60,237 bases of DNA from Thermoanaerobaculia bacterium (GTDB lineage Bacteria; Acidobacteriota; Thermoanaerobaculia; Gp7-AA8): NCBI GenBank assembly GCA_051305935.1, contig JBPPMG010000108.1:1-60237 (forward strand), read 5' to 3'. The stretch's first letter is position 1. Every line of letters starts with the position of its first letter. This document shows, one piece after another, positions 31,833 to 41,356 of the stretch. The notes under the pieces are model-generated. The model searched no databases and was not told the origin of the DNA. It was given only the letters and a program-made list of their open reading frames with translations. A program made the translations under genes and the position numbers.

Positions 31833-34442
31833 TCACTCGCTCTTGAGCGCCTGGGAGAGGCCGATGCGCGAGGCGAGCCCCGATGGTGCGAGCCCGGCGA
31901 GCATCGTCGCGAGGAAGGTGATCGCGATCGACACGGCGACGATACCGAACGGGGGGGCGAACTCGATCGTCCATCCGAACGACTGGCGATTGATCACGAA
32001 GATGAGGATGAGCGCGAGTACCCAGCCAGTCGCGAGCCCGAGTGCGCTGGAGGCGAGGCCCACGATCGCCGACTCGAGTGTCAGCATCGATGTGATCTGC
32101 CAGCGGGAGACGCCCATCACGCGCACGAGCGCGATCTCTGCGCGACGCTCGATGATCAGCGCCGAGAGCGTGTTGACGATGCCGAGCACTGCGACGACGA
32201 GCGCGACGCCGAGCAGCGCCCAGGTCACGAGAAAGGTCTGGTCGAAGATCCGCATCACCTCGGTGCGGATCGCCGCGTTGGTGACCGTGAAGACGCGGAA
32301 CCGCTTGCCGAGGCGCCGCTCGATCTCACGACGAGCTGTCTCCAACTCCGCGCCGTCGCGAAGAAAGACAGCGATCGTGTTGATCGACGTGTCGTGAAAC
32401 TTCTCGAGCCAGAGCGCGCGGTCCATCACGACGACGCCGCGATCGTTCGAGTAGTCGCGGTAGATCCCGGTGACCGGGAAGGAGTGCATCCCTTCGGCAG
32501 TCGGCAGCTCGATCGTGCTGCCGACATCGAGGTCGAACTTGAAGGCGAGCGTCTCGGAGACGAGCACGCCGCCGCCTTCGATCGCGCCGCGGAGCGCCCG
32601 CTCCTGCGAGCGGGGACGCACCATCGGGAGGTCGGAGTGTGCGATTGTCGTCGCGAAGTCGCCGCTGCCCACGAGGATGCTCGTCTCCCGCCAAACGATC
32701 TCCCGTCCCCGGAAGCGGTCGTATGCTGCGATCACCCCGATCTCGTCGAGCGCCGCGGAGATCTCCGGCGGGAAGACGGCGATCTGGGCGTTCGAAAGCC
32801 CCTTCGCCGGTCGCAGCCAGAGATCCGACTTCACCGTCTGCGCAACCCACGCGTCGACCGTTTCGCGAAAGCTCCCGACCATCACCGCGACTGCGACCAT
32901 CATGCTGATCGCGGTCGAGAGGGCCGCGGTCGCGATCGATACGCGGCGCAACGATGCCGGCAACGACGCGCCCGCGAGATCTCCGGAGACGCCGAAGAGC
33001 CGTTGCATCAAGGGACGAAGGCCGGCGGCGACGAACCGGAGCGCCCAGGGACAGAGAAGCGACATCCCGGCGATCACGAGCAACACGGCGAGGTACCCGC
33101 CCACCGAGATTCCGCCGACCGGTGGAAGCAGCGTCGAGAGGCCGGCGAGGACGAAGCACGCTCCGGAACCGAGTGCGAGCCTGCGCGAGGCCGAGCCGGT
33201 GAGACGCTGGTAGATGCCGGGGCGGACCAGCGCGAGCGGAGGCGTTCCCGCGGCTTCGAGCGCGGGTTGCAGGGATGCCGCGAGCGATGCGAGCGTTCCG
33301 ATGCTCATGGCCACGAGAGCGAGCCCCGGAGTGAGCGCGACGTCGCCGGGAGCGCTGGCCGACGCGACGTAGAGCGCGTTGACCGTCGCGCCGATCACAC
33401 CGAGGATGGAGCGGGCGAGCGCGACGCCGAGCCCGAGCCCGAGCGCCGAGCCGGCGAGCCCGAACCCGAGTCCTTCGGCAAGGAACGCACCGAGCAGTTG
33501 AGCTCGCGTCACGCCGAGCGTCCGCAGGATTCCAATGTCGCGGCGACGCCGCAGGATCGAGATCAGCACGGTGTTGTAGACGAGGAAGATCCCGACGAGA
33601 AGTGCCACGGCGGCGAGCGCGAAGAGATTCACGCGAAACGCGCGGAGCATTTTGTCGACCCGCTCGTTTCGGCGCGACGGCTTTTCGAGTCGCGCCTGCG
33701 TCGGAAGTGCGGCTCGGATCGAATCGAGCACGCCCGTTTCCCCTTCGGGGACGAGGAGGTCGACACGGTTGACGAGCCCCCGCATGTCGAACGCCTGCTG
33801 CGCCGTCGCGATGTCGACGATCGCGATCGATCCGTTGAATGCGGTCGCGGGGCCCGACGGCTCGAGGATGCCGCGAACGACGAGACGCGTGCGGCGCCCC
33901 AGGACCTCGAGCTCGAGCGGGCTGCCGATCGCGAGCCCGTGTTCGGTCGCGAACGATTGCGGGACGACGGCCGAGTCGGGCTCGAACAGGCCAAAGAACG
34001 ACGCGGCAGAGTCGCTCACGCCTGCAGATGATTCGGCAGCCGATTCGTCGCGGGCGATGCGCGCGTAGCGATAGTCGCGAAAGTGAAGGTCGGAGAGCAG
34101 GTCGACGCCGAGCACGCGAATCGGGACTCCCGCGGGTTCGAGCGTGCCCTCGAGATCGATCACCGGAGCGAAGCGTCCGCCTGAAGTCCAGAGCGGTTGC
34201 AGCGCGAGCAGCAGCCGCTCGTCGAGCGGCGCCGCCTCGGCGACGATCTGCCAGTTTGCCCGTCCCGCGACCGCGTCGACCGAGCCTTCGAAGCTGCGAA
34301 TTGCACTGTCGTTCGAGAGCTGGATCGCCACGAGGACGCCGACGCCGACCGCGATGCCGAGGATCGTGAGCGTCGCGCGAAGCGTCTCACGGACGAGTGG
34401 TCGCACGACGAGCGCGAGAACGACTCGAAGGAAGCCGCTCAT
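31833..34442 (-). CDS. ABC transporter permease with two FtsX domains (MacB/YbbP-like)
   Basis: 869 aa with two copies of the 4-TM FtsX-type module separated by large extracytoplasmic regions. Its start overlaps the ATPase stop (ATGA). Confidence 0.88.
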   Translation of the reverse strand: MSGFLRVVLALVVRPLVRETLRATLTILGIAVGVGVLVAIQLSNDSAIRSFEGSVDAVAGRANWQIVAEAAPLDERLLLALQPLWTSGGRFAPVIDLEGTLEPAGVPIRVLGVDLLSDLHFRDYRYARIARDESAAESSAGVSDSAASFFGLFEPDSAVVPQSFATEHGLAIGSPLELEVLGRRTRLVVRGILEPSGPATAFNGSIAIVDIATAQQAFDMRGLVNRVDLLVPEGETGVLDSIRAALPTQARLEKPSRRNERVDKMLRAFRVNLFALAAVALLVGIFLVYNTVLISILRRRRDIGILRTLGVTRAQLLGAFLAEGLGFGLAGSALGLGLGVALARSILGVIGATVNALYVASASAPGDVALTPGLALVAMSIGTLASLAASLQPALEAAGTPPLALVRPGIYQRLTGSASRRLALGSGACFVLAGLSTLLPPVGGISVGGYLAVLLVIAGMSLLCPWALRFVAAGLRPLMQRLFGVSGDLAGASLPASLRRVSIATAALSTAISMMVAVAVMVGSFRETVDAWVAQTVKSDLWLRPAKGLSNAQIAVFPPEISAALDEIGVIAAYDRFRGREIVWRETSILVGSGDFATTIAHSDLPMVRPRSQERALRGAIEGGGVLVSETLAFKFDLDVGSTIELPTAEGMHSFPVTGIYRDYSNDRGVVVMDRALWLEKFHDTSINTIAVFLRDGAELETARREIERRLGKRFRVFTVTNAAIRTEVMRIFDQTFLVTWALLGVALVVAVLGIVNTLSALIIERRAEIALVRVMGVSRWQITSMLTLESAIVGLASSALGLATGWVLALILIFVINRQSFGWTIEFAPPFGIVAVSIAITFLATMLAGLAPSGLASRIGLSQALKSE

Positions 34443-35137
34443 GGATTTCGCGCCTCGCGCGAGATCCTGCCGTCGGTCACGCGCACGGTCGACGAAGCGA
34501 ACGACGCCGCGTGATCCGAGTGCGTCGCCATGACGATCGTCGGCTCGTCCAGCCGGTGGATCTCGCGGAGGAGCTCGAGAATCGTCTCGCCCGTGCGGCT
34601 GTCGAGGTTGCCGGTTGGTTCGTCGGCGAGCACGACCGGCGGGCGATGCACGATCGCGCGGCCGATCGCGACGCGCTGCATCTCGCCTCCCGAAAGCTCG
34701 CTCGGGTAGTGCCTGGCGCGATGCGCGAGCCCGACGCGCTGGAGCACTTCCTCGACGCGTGCCGCGCGCGCCTTCGGATCGGTGCCGAGCAGGTCGAGCG
34801 GGAACCGGACGTTTTCACGAACGGTCAGCGTCGGGATGAGGTTGAAGAACTGAAAGACGAAGCCGATGCGCTCGCGCCTGACGAGCGTCAGCGCCGCGTC
34901 GCTCATGCGGGTGATCTCAACGTCGCCGAGAAGCACGCGGCCGGACGTCGCGCGGTCGATCGCTCCCGCGATGTGGAGGAGCGTCGACTTGCCGCTACCC
35001 GAAGCGCCCATGATCGCGGTGAAGGAACCGGCCTCGAGCTCGAGGGAGACGTCGTCGAGCGCCACCACGCCGACACCTTCGTCCTCGCTCCCGCCGTAGC
35101 GATGGCTGACGTTTTCGAATCGAATCGGGATTCCCAT
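34439..35137 (-). CDS. ABC transporter ATP-binding protein (MacB/LolD-like)
   Basis: MGIPIRFENV... I chose the ATG at 35137. Walker A GASGSGKST, signature LSGGEMQR, Walker B VVLADEPT. Confidence 0.93.
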   Translation of the reverse strand: MGIPIRFENVSHRYGGSEDEGVGVVALDDVSLELEAGSFTAIMGASGSGKSTLLHIAGAIDRATSGRVLLGDVEITRMSDAALTLVRRERIGFVFQFFNLIPTLTVRENVRFPLDLLGTDPKARAARVEEVLQRVGLAHRARHYPSELSGGEMQRVAIGRAIVHRPPVVLADEPTGNLDSRTGETILELLREIHRLDEPTIVMATHSDHAASFASSTVRVTDGRISREARNP

Positions 35138-35306
35138 CGTGCCTCGGGCTCGCCTCCAGCGGCTGAGGCCAGTATCCTCGCCGCCGCCGCACGAAACAAC
35201 GTATCGGGCCGGCGGAATAGCCAGAGGGCCGCAGACGTCGCACAATGGAGAGGAGCGCGGCGGATCAGGCCTTCTGACCCGCTCGCGCCAACGTGGAGGA
35301 TTTTCG

Positions 35307-36602
35307 ATGCGATCGCTCCGTTACCTGGCACTCGTTCTCCTGGTTGCCGTTTCGATTCCGGCGTCGGCGGACATCCTGAAGGTCACGATCGACGGAGTGA
35401 TCCACCCGATCACCGAGGAGGTCATCGAGCGCGCGATCCGCGAGGCGGAAGCGAATGGCGACAGCGCGCTGCTCATCGTGCTGCGTACGCCGGGAGGACT
35501 CGAGACCTCGATGCGGAAGATGATCGAGAAGATCGTCGCGTCGACGGTGCCGGTGATCGTCTACGTGTCGCCGGGAGGCAGCCGCGCGGCGTCGGCGGGA
35601 TTCTTCCTGCTCGTTTCTGCCGACGTGGCCGCGATGGCTCCCGGAACGAACACCGGGGCCGCGCATCCGGTCGTGATCGGTCAGGAAAAGGTCGACGAGA
35701 TCATGAACGCGAAGATGACGAACGACTCCGCTGCGTTCATGAGATCGATCGTCGCGAAGCGCGGGCGCAACGTCGAGCTCGCCGAGAAGGCTGTGCGCGA
35801 GTCGGTTTCGTTCACGGAACAGGAGGCGCTCGACGCGAATCTCATCGACATCGTCGCGAAAGACGAGGCCGACCTGCTGGCACGGCTCGAGGGACGCTCG
35901 ATCACCCGTTTCAACGGCGAGACGCAGGTGCTGAAGCTCGCCGGTCAGCCGGTTCGCGAGCGTGTCATGACGCTGCGCCAGCGCCTGATGAACTGGATGA
36001 TGGACCCGAACATCGCGTTCCTTCTCCTCTCGCTGGGAGCGCTCGCTCTCTATGCCGAGTTCAATAATCCCGGCGCGATTCTTCCTGGCGTCGTCGGGCT
36101 GATCCTCATCCTGCTCGCGGTCTTTGCGCTCAATCTGCTGCCGACGCGCTTCGCGGCGCTCACGCTGATCGGAATCGCCTTCGTGTTCTTCGCGCTGGAG
36201 GCGAAGTACACGAGCTACGGGGTACTCGGCGCGGGCGGGGTCGTCTGCATGACGCTCGGCGCCGTGCTGCTGGTCGACGGCCCGATCCCGGAGATGCGCG
36301 TTCAGTGGCTGACCGCGCTGGCGGTGAGCGTCCCATTCGGCGTGATCGCGGTGTTCCTGATGACGATCGCGATGCGCGCGATGAAGGCGAAAGTCGTGAC
36401 TGGAGAACAAGGGCTCGTCGGCGAGATCGGCGTGGCGAAGACCGCGCTCGCACCGGAGGGCAGGATCTTCGTCCGCGGCGAGATCTGGAACGCCGTGTCG
36501 ACGGCACCTGTCGCCGTCGGCGACGAGGTGCTCGTCGAGTCGGTCGACGGCCTCACGCTCGCCGTGAGGCCGTCTGCGAGTGTCACTCCAACTGCCGAGT
36601 AG
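35307..36602 (+). CDS. NfeD-family membrane-bound ClpP-class serine protease
   Basis: MRSLRYLALVLLVAVSIPASA signal. ...SPGGSRAASAGFFLL... serine protease core, TM block, and a C-terminal OB-like ...GRIFVRGEIWNAVS... Confidence 0.85.
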   Translation: MRSLRYLALVLLVAVSIPASADILKVTIDGVIHPITEEVIERAIREAEANGDSALLIVLRTPGGLETSMRKMIEKIVASTVPVIVYVSPGGSRAASAGFFLLVSADVAAMAPGTNTGAAHPVVIGQEKVDEIMNAKMTNDSAAFMRSIVAKRGRNVELAEKAVRESVSFTEQEALDANLIDIVAKDEADLLARLEGRSITRFNGETQVLKLAGQPVRERVMTLRQRLMNWMMDPNIAFLLLSLGALALYAEFNNPGAILPGVVGLILILLAVFALNLLPTRFAALTLIGIAFVFFALEAKYTSYGVLGAGGVVCMTLGAVLLVDGPIPEMRVQWLTALAVSVPFGVIAVFLMTIAMRAMKAKVVTGEQGLVGEIGVAKTALAPEGRIFVRGEIWNAVSTAPVAVGDEVLVESVDGLTLAVRPSASVTPTAE

Positions 36603-36611
36603 CCTGAACCC

Positions 36612-37427
36612 CTAATCCGTCTTCGGTGGCGAGGCGGGAGGCCGAATGTTTGGTCCACTCGACTTGATCATCTCCTCGCTCCACTTCTGCAGTCCGACCA
36701 GGATGTCGACCGGAAGCGGGAAGACGATGGTCGTGTTCTTCTCGGCGCCGATTTCTCCCAAGGTCTGCAGGTAGCGGAGCTGGAGGGCAATTGGCTCCGC
36801 GGAAATGACTGCGGCGGCTTCGGCCAACTGCTTGCTTGCCTGGAACTCGCCTTCGGCATGGATGATTTTCGAGCGCTTTTCCCGCTCGGCCTCGGCCTGC
36901 TTGGCCATCGCGCGGAGCATCGACTCCGGCAGGTCGACCTGCTTGACCTCGACGTTGATCACCTTGACGCCCCAGGGTGCGGTGTGCGCGTCGAGGATCT
37001 CCTGGATCCGGAGGTTGAGCTTCTCGCGCTTCGAGAGGAGCTCGTCGAGCTCCACTTCGCCGAGCACGGAGCGAAGCGTCGTCTGCGCGAATTGCGAGGT
37101 CTGGTAGACGTAGTTCGAGACTTCGACGACCGCCTTGTTGGCGTCGATCACGCGCAGGAAGATGACGGCGTTGACCTTCAGCGTCACGTTGTCGCGCGTG
37201 ATGATGTCCTGAGGGGGAACCTCGAACGCTTCCTGGCGCAGGGAAATGCGGACCATCCGGTCGATGGGGCGGAAGACGAAGACGAGCCCCGGACCCTTGG
37301 CACTGGACAGAAGGCGTCCGAGCCGGAAGATGACGCCCCGCTCGTATTCGGCGAGGATCTTGATCGAGCTGATGAGATAGATCGCGAGAACGCCGGCCGC
37401 GATCACTGAGCATCCGATGCCTTCCAC
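36612..37427 (-). CDS. SPFH/band-7 (stomatin-like) protein
   Basis: ...[16 protein letters not shown]...[18 protein letters not shown]... I prefer the GTG at 37427, preceded by AAGGGGG-N6. The upstream ATG at 37508 is an alternative. Confidence 0.88.
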   Translation of the reverse strand: MEGIGCSVIAAGVLAIYLISSIKILAEYERGVIFRLGRLLSSAKGPGLVFVFRPIDRMVRISLRQEAFEVPPQDIITRDNVTLKVNAVIFLRVIDANKAVVEVSNYVYQTSQFAQTTLRSVLGEVELDELLSKREKLNLRIQEILDAHTAPWGVKVINVEVKQVDLPESMLRAMAKQAEAEREKRSKIIHAEGEFQASKQLAEAAAVISAEPIALQLRYLQTLGEIGAEKNTTIVFPLPVDILVGLQKWSEEMIKSSGPNIRPPASPPKTD

Positions 37428-37625
37428 AATGCGCCCCCTTTCGATGTCGGGCCCGATTGTATCCCCGGAACCGACATCCCCGAAAACGTGAGCGGGGTCA
37501 CGCCGCAAGCCCCGCGTCGTACTACAATGCGGGGCAACCTAAATCGAGGTCTCGGAAAATGTGTCGGGATGGTGGCGCGTCTGCGATCGCCTGGCGGATT
37601 CGACGAGCCGCCACGAGGATGACGG

Positions 37626-38639
37626 ATGTCTGACAGGATGGCTCCGGCTCCGTTCGCCGAGCGTGCCGAACGTTTTCTTCTGCTTCCGCCGCAGGAGGCG
37701 GAGTTCGGCGCGCTGCGCGCGTACATTGGGGATATTTCGGTCAGCGGCGTGCGCCTGCGCCACGGTGAGCCGACGGAGGCGGGCCGGAAGGCCAAGCTTC
37801 GCTTCCGACTGGACGGGGCCGTTTCGTCGATCAGCATCGAGGGCGAGGTCGTCTGGACGCAGTCGTCGCTCTCCGCCGACCTGAACCAGCGCCACGTCTC
37901 CGGCGTTCGCTTTCATGCCGACACCGAGCTCGTCGAGCGGGTGGTCGACCGGCTCTCGAAGAGCGGACGCTGCCATCGCGTACAGGAACGACGCCTCTCG
38001 GACCGCTTCCTGCTCGAGCACGCGCTCGACGGCGAGTTTGGAGCTGTCGGCGCGGTTCGGGTCCTCGATCTCGCGAGCAAGGGAGCCCGCTTCGAGACGC
38101 CTAACCGTGTCGACGTCGGCCTGAGCGGAACGTTTCGCTTTCCGATTCCGAAGTCGGCGTTCGAGGTGCGCGCGGTCGCAGAGACGGTCTGGTGCCGTGT
38201 CCGGGCGCTCTGGGGCCCCCAGGAGTATCGATACCACGTGGGAATCCGGATCACGGAGCGGCCCGAGCTCCTCCGCCTCGCGATCGGCCAGCTCACCGAG
38301 CTGAAGCTCGCGATCAAGGACACGCATTCGCTGAAGCTGAAGCTGAAGATTGCGAAAGCCGAAGAGGTCGGGCCCGCGGTCGAGGTCGACACGCTCGAGG
38401 ACTCGCTCCCCGGCTCGGAGTACTTCCAGTTGATCCAGTCGGCGCGCGCGCTGCTGTCGATCCAGACGGAGGACTCGCGCTACTGGCACGAGCTCGCCGT
38501 CGCGACTGCCGCAACCGAGGACATCCGCTCCATGACGGGGCCGATCACGGGGAAGCTCGAACAGGTTGCGGTCTGGGAGTATCTCGACCGGACGATCGAT
38601 CCGTCGATCATCGCGCTCGCATTCGAGCGCAATGACTGA
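37626..38639 (+). CDS. Tandem PilZ-domain protein (putative c-di-GMP receptor) with an unknown C-terminal domain
   Basis: First module ...GDISVSGVRL... Second module has RRLSDR ... LDLASKGARF, matching RRxxxR / D-x-(S/A)-x-x-G. Confidence 0.65.
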   Translation: MSDRMAPAPFAERAERFLLLPPQEAEFGALRAYIGDISVSGVRLRHGEPTEAGRKAKLRFRLDGAVSSISIEGEVVWTQSSLSADLNQRHVSGVRFHADTELVERVVDRLSKSGRCHRVQERRLSDRFLLEHALDGEFGAVGAVRVLDLASKGARFETPNRVDVGLSGTFRFPIPKSAFEVRAVAETVWCRVRALWGPQEYRYHVGIRITERPELLRLAIGQLTELKLAIKDTHSLKLKLKIAKAEEVGPAVEVDTLEDSLPGSEYFQLIQSARALLSIQTEDSRYWHELAVATAATEDIRSMTGPITGKLEQVAVWEYLDRTIDPSIIALAFERND

Positions 38640-38651
38640 CTCTCGCGGCGC

Positions 38652-39476
38652 TCAGCGCACGAGTTGCTGGCCGTAGAGAACCGCGGCCGGGGCGCTGACC
38701 GCCACTCGATCGAGAGGGATGATCCCCTTCCTCGCGAGGACCACGACGCTCGAGCCCATGTGAAACGTCCCGAGCCGGTCTCCAGCCTGGCGGAGAACCG
38801 GTGACGGATAGTCTCTCCAGCGGACCTGGGTGTCCCTCGGGCGCGCGTTCGTCACGAAGCTGTCGTAGGTCACCGTCATCCGGCCGACGTTCGTCGCGCC
38901 GATCATCACCACGGCGATGAGGCCGAATCGGCTCTTCAGATAGGTCACGACACGCTCGTTCACGGCGAAAAGCTCGTCGATGTTCGCCATCGACCAGTCG
39001 TTGACCGGCCAGAGATACCCCGGAATGACGACGCTGCGGACGACGTGCCCGCGCACGGGCGAGTGAATGTGGTGGTAGTCGCGCGGAGAAAGATAGAAGT
39101 TGAAGTACGTGCCGCCGTCGAAGGAATCGGCGATGCCGTCCCCCCCGAGAAACGAGCGGAGGGAGTAGTCCTTTCCCTTGATCTGCTCGATGCGGCCGTT
39201 CTCGATCGTGCCGAAATTGCGAAGCAGCGCGTCGACGGGGCTGACGAAGTCGCCTTCCACGGGACGGAGCCCCGGCTTGAGGTCGCGGGTGAAGAGCTCG
39301 CCGATCGTCGGATACGCTTCGATCGGCCGCGCAGCAGCATCCAGGTCGATGCCGAATTTCGATGCGAACTTGCGGACGCTCCACGGCCCGAGCGGACCGG
39401 GAAGTCGCGTGTACATCAGCCAGCCCGCGGCGTGGCTCAGGTGTGATTTCGGAATCCAGCGGAGGAGCTTGAACAT
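38652..39476 (-). CDS. psd: Phosphatidylserine decarboxylase proenzyme (short type)
   Basis: MFKLLRWIPK... I chose the ATG at 39476. ...YLSPRDYHHIHSP... and the self-cleavage context FHMGSSVV. Confidence 0.88.
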   Translation of the reverse strand: MFKLLRWIPKSHLSHAAGWLMYTRLPGPLGPWSVRKFASKFGIDLDAAARPIEAYPTIGELFTRDLKPGLRPVEGDFVSPVDALLRNFGTIENGRIEQIKGKDYSLRSFLGGDGIADSFDGGTYFNFYLSPRDYHHIHSPVRGHVVRSVVIPGYLWPVNDWSMANIDELFAVNERVVTYLKSRFGLIAVVMIGATNVGRMTVTYDSFVTNARPRDTQVRWRDYPSPVLRQAGDRLGTFHMGSSVVVLARKGIIPLDRVAVSAPAAVLYGQQLVR

Positions 39477-39529
39477 GCCGGGAGGATCATCGCACAGGTG
39501 TGGTCCGCCCGGGCTCGGGTGCCGCGTAC

Positions 39530-39934
39530 CTATTCCGCCGTGACGCGCAGCGTGACCGCGGACTCGCTGATCGACACGATCTCGAACGATGCCCCGATGA
39601 TGGCAAGCGAGGGCGCAGTGAGCTCGCCGAGCGTGAATCGCTTCGACTCCTTCGTGCCTGCCACGTCGCGGTCGACCGTCAACTCCGCCGCGAGCTCGCC
39701 CTGCCAGATGCACTTCGCGTTGGAGGGGCACCGCGAGTCATTGATTCCCTCGAGGCGAGCCTTGTACTTCGAGTCGCCGAGAGTAAAGCGCACGGTGTCG
39801 CGCTTCGTTTCGAGCGTGATCTCGACGGGCCCCTTAGGCGAGCTCGCGATCGCGACTGGCGTGGCACTGACGCAGCCGAAGCCTGCCACGAGCTGAAGGA
39901 TGGAGAGTGAAAGTGCGATTGCGAGCGATTTCAT
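39530..39934 (-). CDS. Small lipoprotein, unknown function
   Basis: MKSLAIALSLSILQLVAGFGC lipobox, 134 aa. It is the C-terminal part of track ORF 39530-40972. Its start overlaps the upstream gene's stop. Confidence 0.6.
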   Translation of the reverse strand: MKSLAIALSLSILQLVAGFGCVSATPVAIASSPKGPVEITLETKRDTVRFTLGDSKYKARLEGINDSRCPSNAKCIWQGELAAELTVDRDVAGTKESKRFTLGELTAPSLAIIGASFEIVSISESAVTLRVTAE

Positions 39935-40596
39935 CGAGGCCCTCCGACGATGCCCTTCGCTGAATTCTGACACAGCTCGGCGATGCCGGCCGCAAAGTCG
40001 CGTTTTCCGCCTCGGGAAGGATGCCGCACCCGAGTGTGCTCGATCCCGAGCGAGCTGAGCGAATCGCGGGCACGGTTGCCGACCGCGACGACCGTCGTTA
40101 CATCGAACATGCCGATCAGAGCGACCAGAAACCCCTGGCCGATCTCCAGCTCCAGAGCGGTGGGCGGACGGTTCGAACGCGGCTCGCCCGGCCGATGGGG
40201 GTGGAAAGGGAACGCATTCCAGAGAAGCGGCGTCGGATCGACGGTCGCGATCGTTGCCCAGACGATCGTCGCGCTCGCTTCGGTCGACGTTCGCTCGCCC
40301 CGTGTGGCCCTCCGGTAGTTGCGCGTCGATCCGAAGAGTCCAGGCGGCTCGACTCCTCGGAGCATCAGCGTCTCGCTCATGAACGGGATGCCGGTCAAAC
40401 GGCAGCCGCGGTGGCTCGGCGCCTCGCCGACGAGGATCGTCGTGGGGCGCCGGCGCCGCATTTGCGCGAGGTAAAGGGAGAGGTTCTCGCGGCGCGTGGC
40501 GGCGCCTCGCGAGCGGCCCGCGTACTGATTGTGCGCGTGCGCAGGCACGGCGCAGCGAGAGAGCACATCGACGTATTCGGAGATTGCTTTCGTCAT
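39931..40596 (-). CDS. Uracil-DNA glycosylase superfamily protein
   Basis: ...ILVGEAPSHRGCRLTGIPF... (GEAP motif A context) and ...VRHPSRGG... (motif B). I prefer the ATG at 40596 over the TTG at 40617. Confidence 0.75.
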   Translation of the reverse strand: MTKAISEYVDVLSRCAVPAHAHNQYAGRSRGAATRRENLSLYLAQMRRRRPTTILVGEAPSHRGCRLTGIPFMSETLMLRGVEPPGLFGSTRNYRRATRGERTSTEASATIVWATIATVDPTPLLWNAFPFHPHRPGEPRSNRPPTALELEIGQGFLVALIGMFDVTTVVAVGNRARDSLSSLGIEHTRVRHPSRGGKRDFAAGIAELCQNSAKGIVGGPR

Positions 40597-40613
40597 GGAA
40601 GCCGGATGCCCGA

Positions 40614-41078
40614 TCAACGCGGCTCCGGCGCGCGGTGCGCCGGCCTGCGCACCATGGGGATCGCGTCGTTGAGGATCCAGAGCGGCCCGACGAGCAGGTG
40701 AACGAGATTATTGAAGAACGCCGGCTGTCGCTTCTCGTACACGCTGTGACCGACGAACTGCAGAATCCAGCCGGCGACGAAGAGAACCCACAGGAACGGA
40801 AGCGGAAGCGGTTTCGCGCCGATATACAGAAGGGCGGAGACGATGACCATCGGGATCGCGAGCTTCCATTCGAGCGCCAGATAGAAGACGCCGGCGGCCG
40901 CGATGAGAAGCGTGCCCAGGTCGAGCGGCACGGGGCTGTCGACGGGAATTCGGACGAGCGCGAGCAGCCCAAGAAGAGAGAACATGATCATCGGAATCCC
41001 GAGGCGATGGCATGCCTTGTTCCCGCGAGTCTGGTGGTGCTCGGCGTAGTCGGCGAACATCGATTCAATCGCGCGCAT
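40614..41078 (-). CDS. DUF962 (Mpo1-like) membrane protein
   Basis: ...YAEHHQTRGNKACHRLGIP...QFVGHSVYEKRQPAFF... I prefer the ATG at 41078 (GGGAG RBS). A TAGAAT -10-like box overlaps the upstream ATG at 41111. Confidence 0.75.
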   Translation of the reverse strand: MRAIESMFADYAEHHQTRGNKACHRLGIPMIMFSLLGLLALVRIPVDSPVPLDLGTLLIAAAGVFYLALEWKLAIPMVIVSALLYIGAKPLPLPFLWVLFVAGWILQFVGHSVYEKRQPAFFNNLVHLLVGPLWILNDAIPMVRRPAHRAPEPR

Positions 41079-41223
41079 GGTTGGTGCTCCCGTGTCGGGG
41101 TAAGGGTTCATTCTACGACGGACGGCGCGTGTGAATGAGTCGAGGATTCGGATTCATGCCCGCATGGTGCGCCGACCCGGATTTCCAGCGGCGCTACGCG
41201 GCATCGTTGCGTAGGTCGCGATT

Positions 41224-41244
41224 CCCCCGGTCTTCGACCGGGGG
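41224..41244. repeat. CCCCC-N-GGGGG hairpin (REP-like), similar to the hairpins at 44.78 and 44.93 kb
   Basis: CCCCCGGTC-TTC-GACCGGGGG is a perfect 9-bp stem. Confidence 0.6.
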
Positions 41245-41299
41245 CTAAACTCGACCGTCGCTACGCGACGCCCCAATGCTCCAGCCTTTCAAGACCGCC

Positions 41300-41348
41300 T
41301 AACAACTAACAACTAACAACTAACAACTAACAACTAACAACTAACAAC
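41300..41348. repeat. Perfect heptanucleotide microsatellite (TAACAAC)x7
   Basis: Counted directly: seven uninterrupted TAACAAC units. The repeat ends 8 bp from the stop of the B2-like gene and lies about 220 bp upstream of the DUF962 gene. Confidence 0.98.
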
Positions 41349-41356
41349 TCCCCTCC

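Noticed and set aside
37539-38489. 316-aa - strand ORF opposite the PilZ gene.
   Set aside because: It has no motifs and an Arg/Leu/Asp-rich composition, while the + strand frame carries PilZ motifs.
41135-41245. 36-codon + strand ORF (MSRGFGFMPAWCADPDFQRRYAASLRRSRFPRSSTGG), considered as a lasso-peptide precursor for the nearby B2-like peptidase.
   Set aside because: It is on the opposite strand to the B2 gene and runs through the REP-like hairpin. It has no RBS and no convincing leader (Thr at -2) or core (ring-forming Asp/Glu at position 7-9) layout.
41297-41303. GCCTAAC (an RYYYAAC match) immediately before the TAACAAC microsatellite, considered as another attC.
   Set aside because: There is no partner GTTRRRY box and no ~100-bp imperfect palindrome downstream. 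The match overlaps the first unit of the tandem repeat, so it is probably coincidental.
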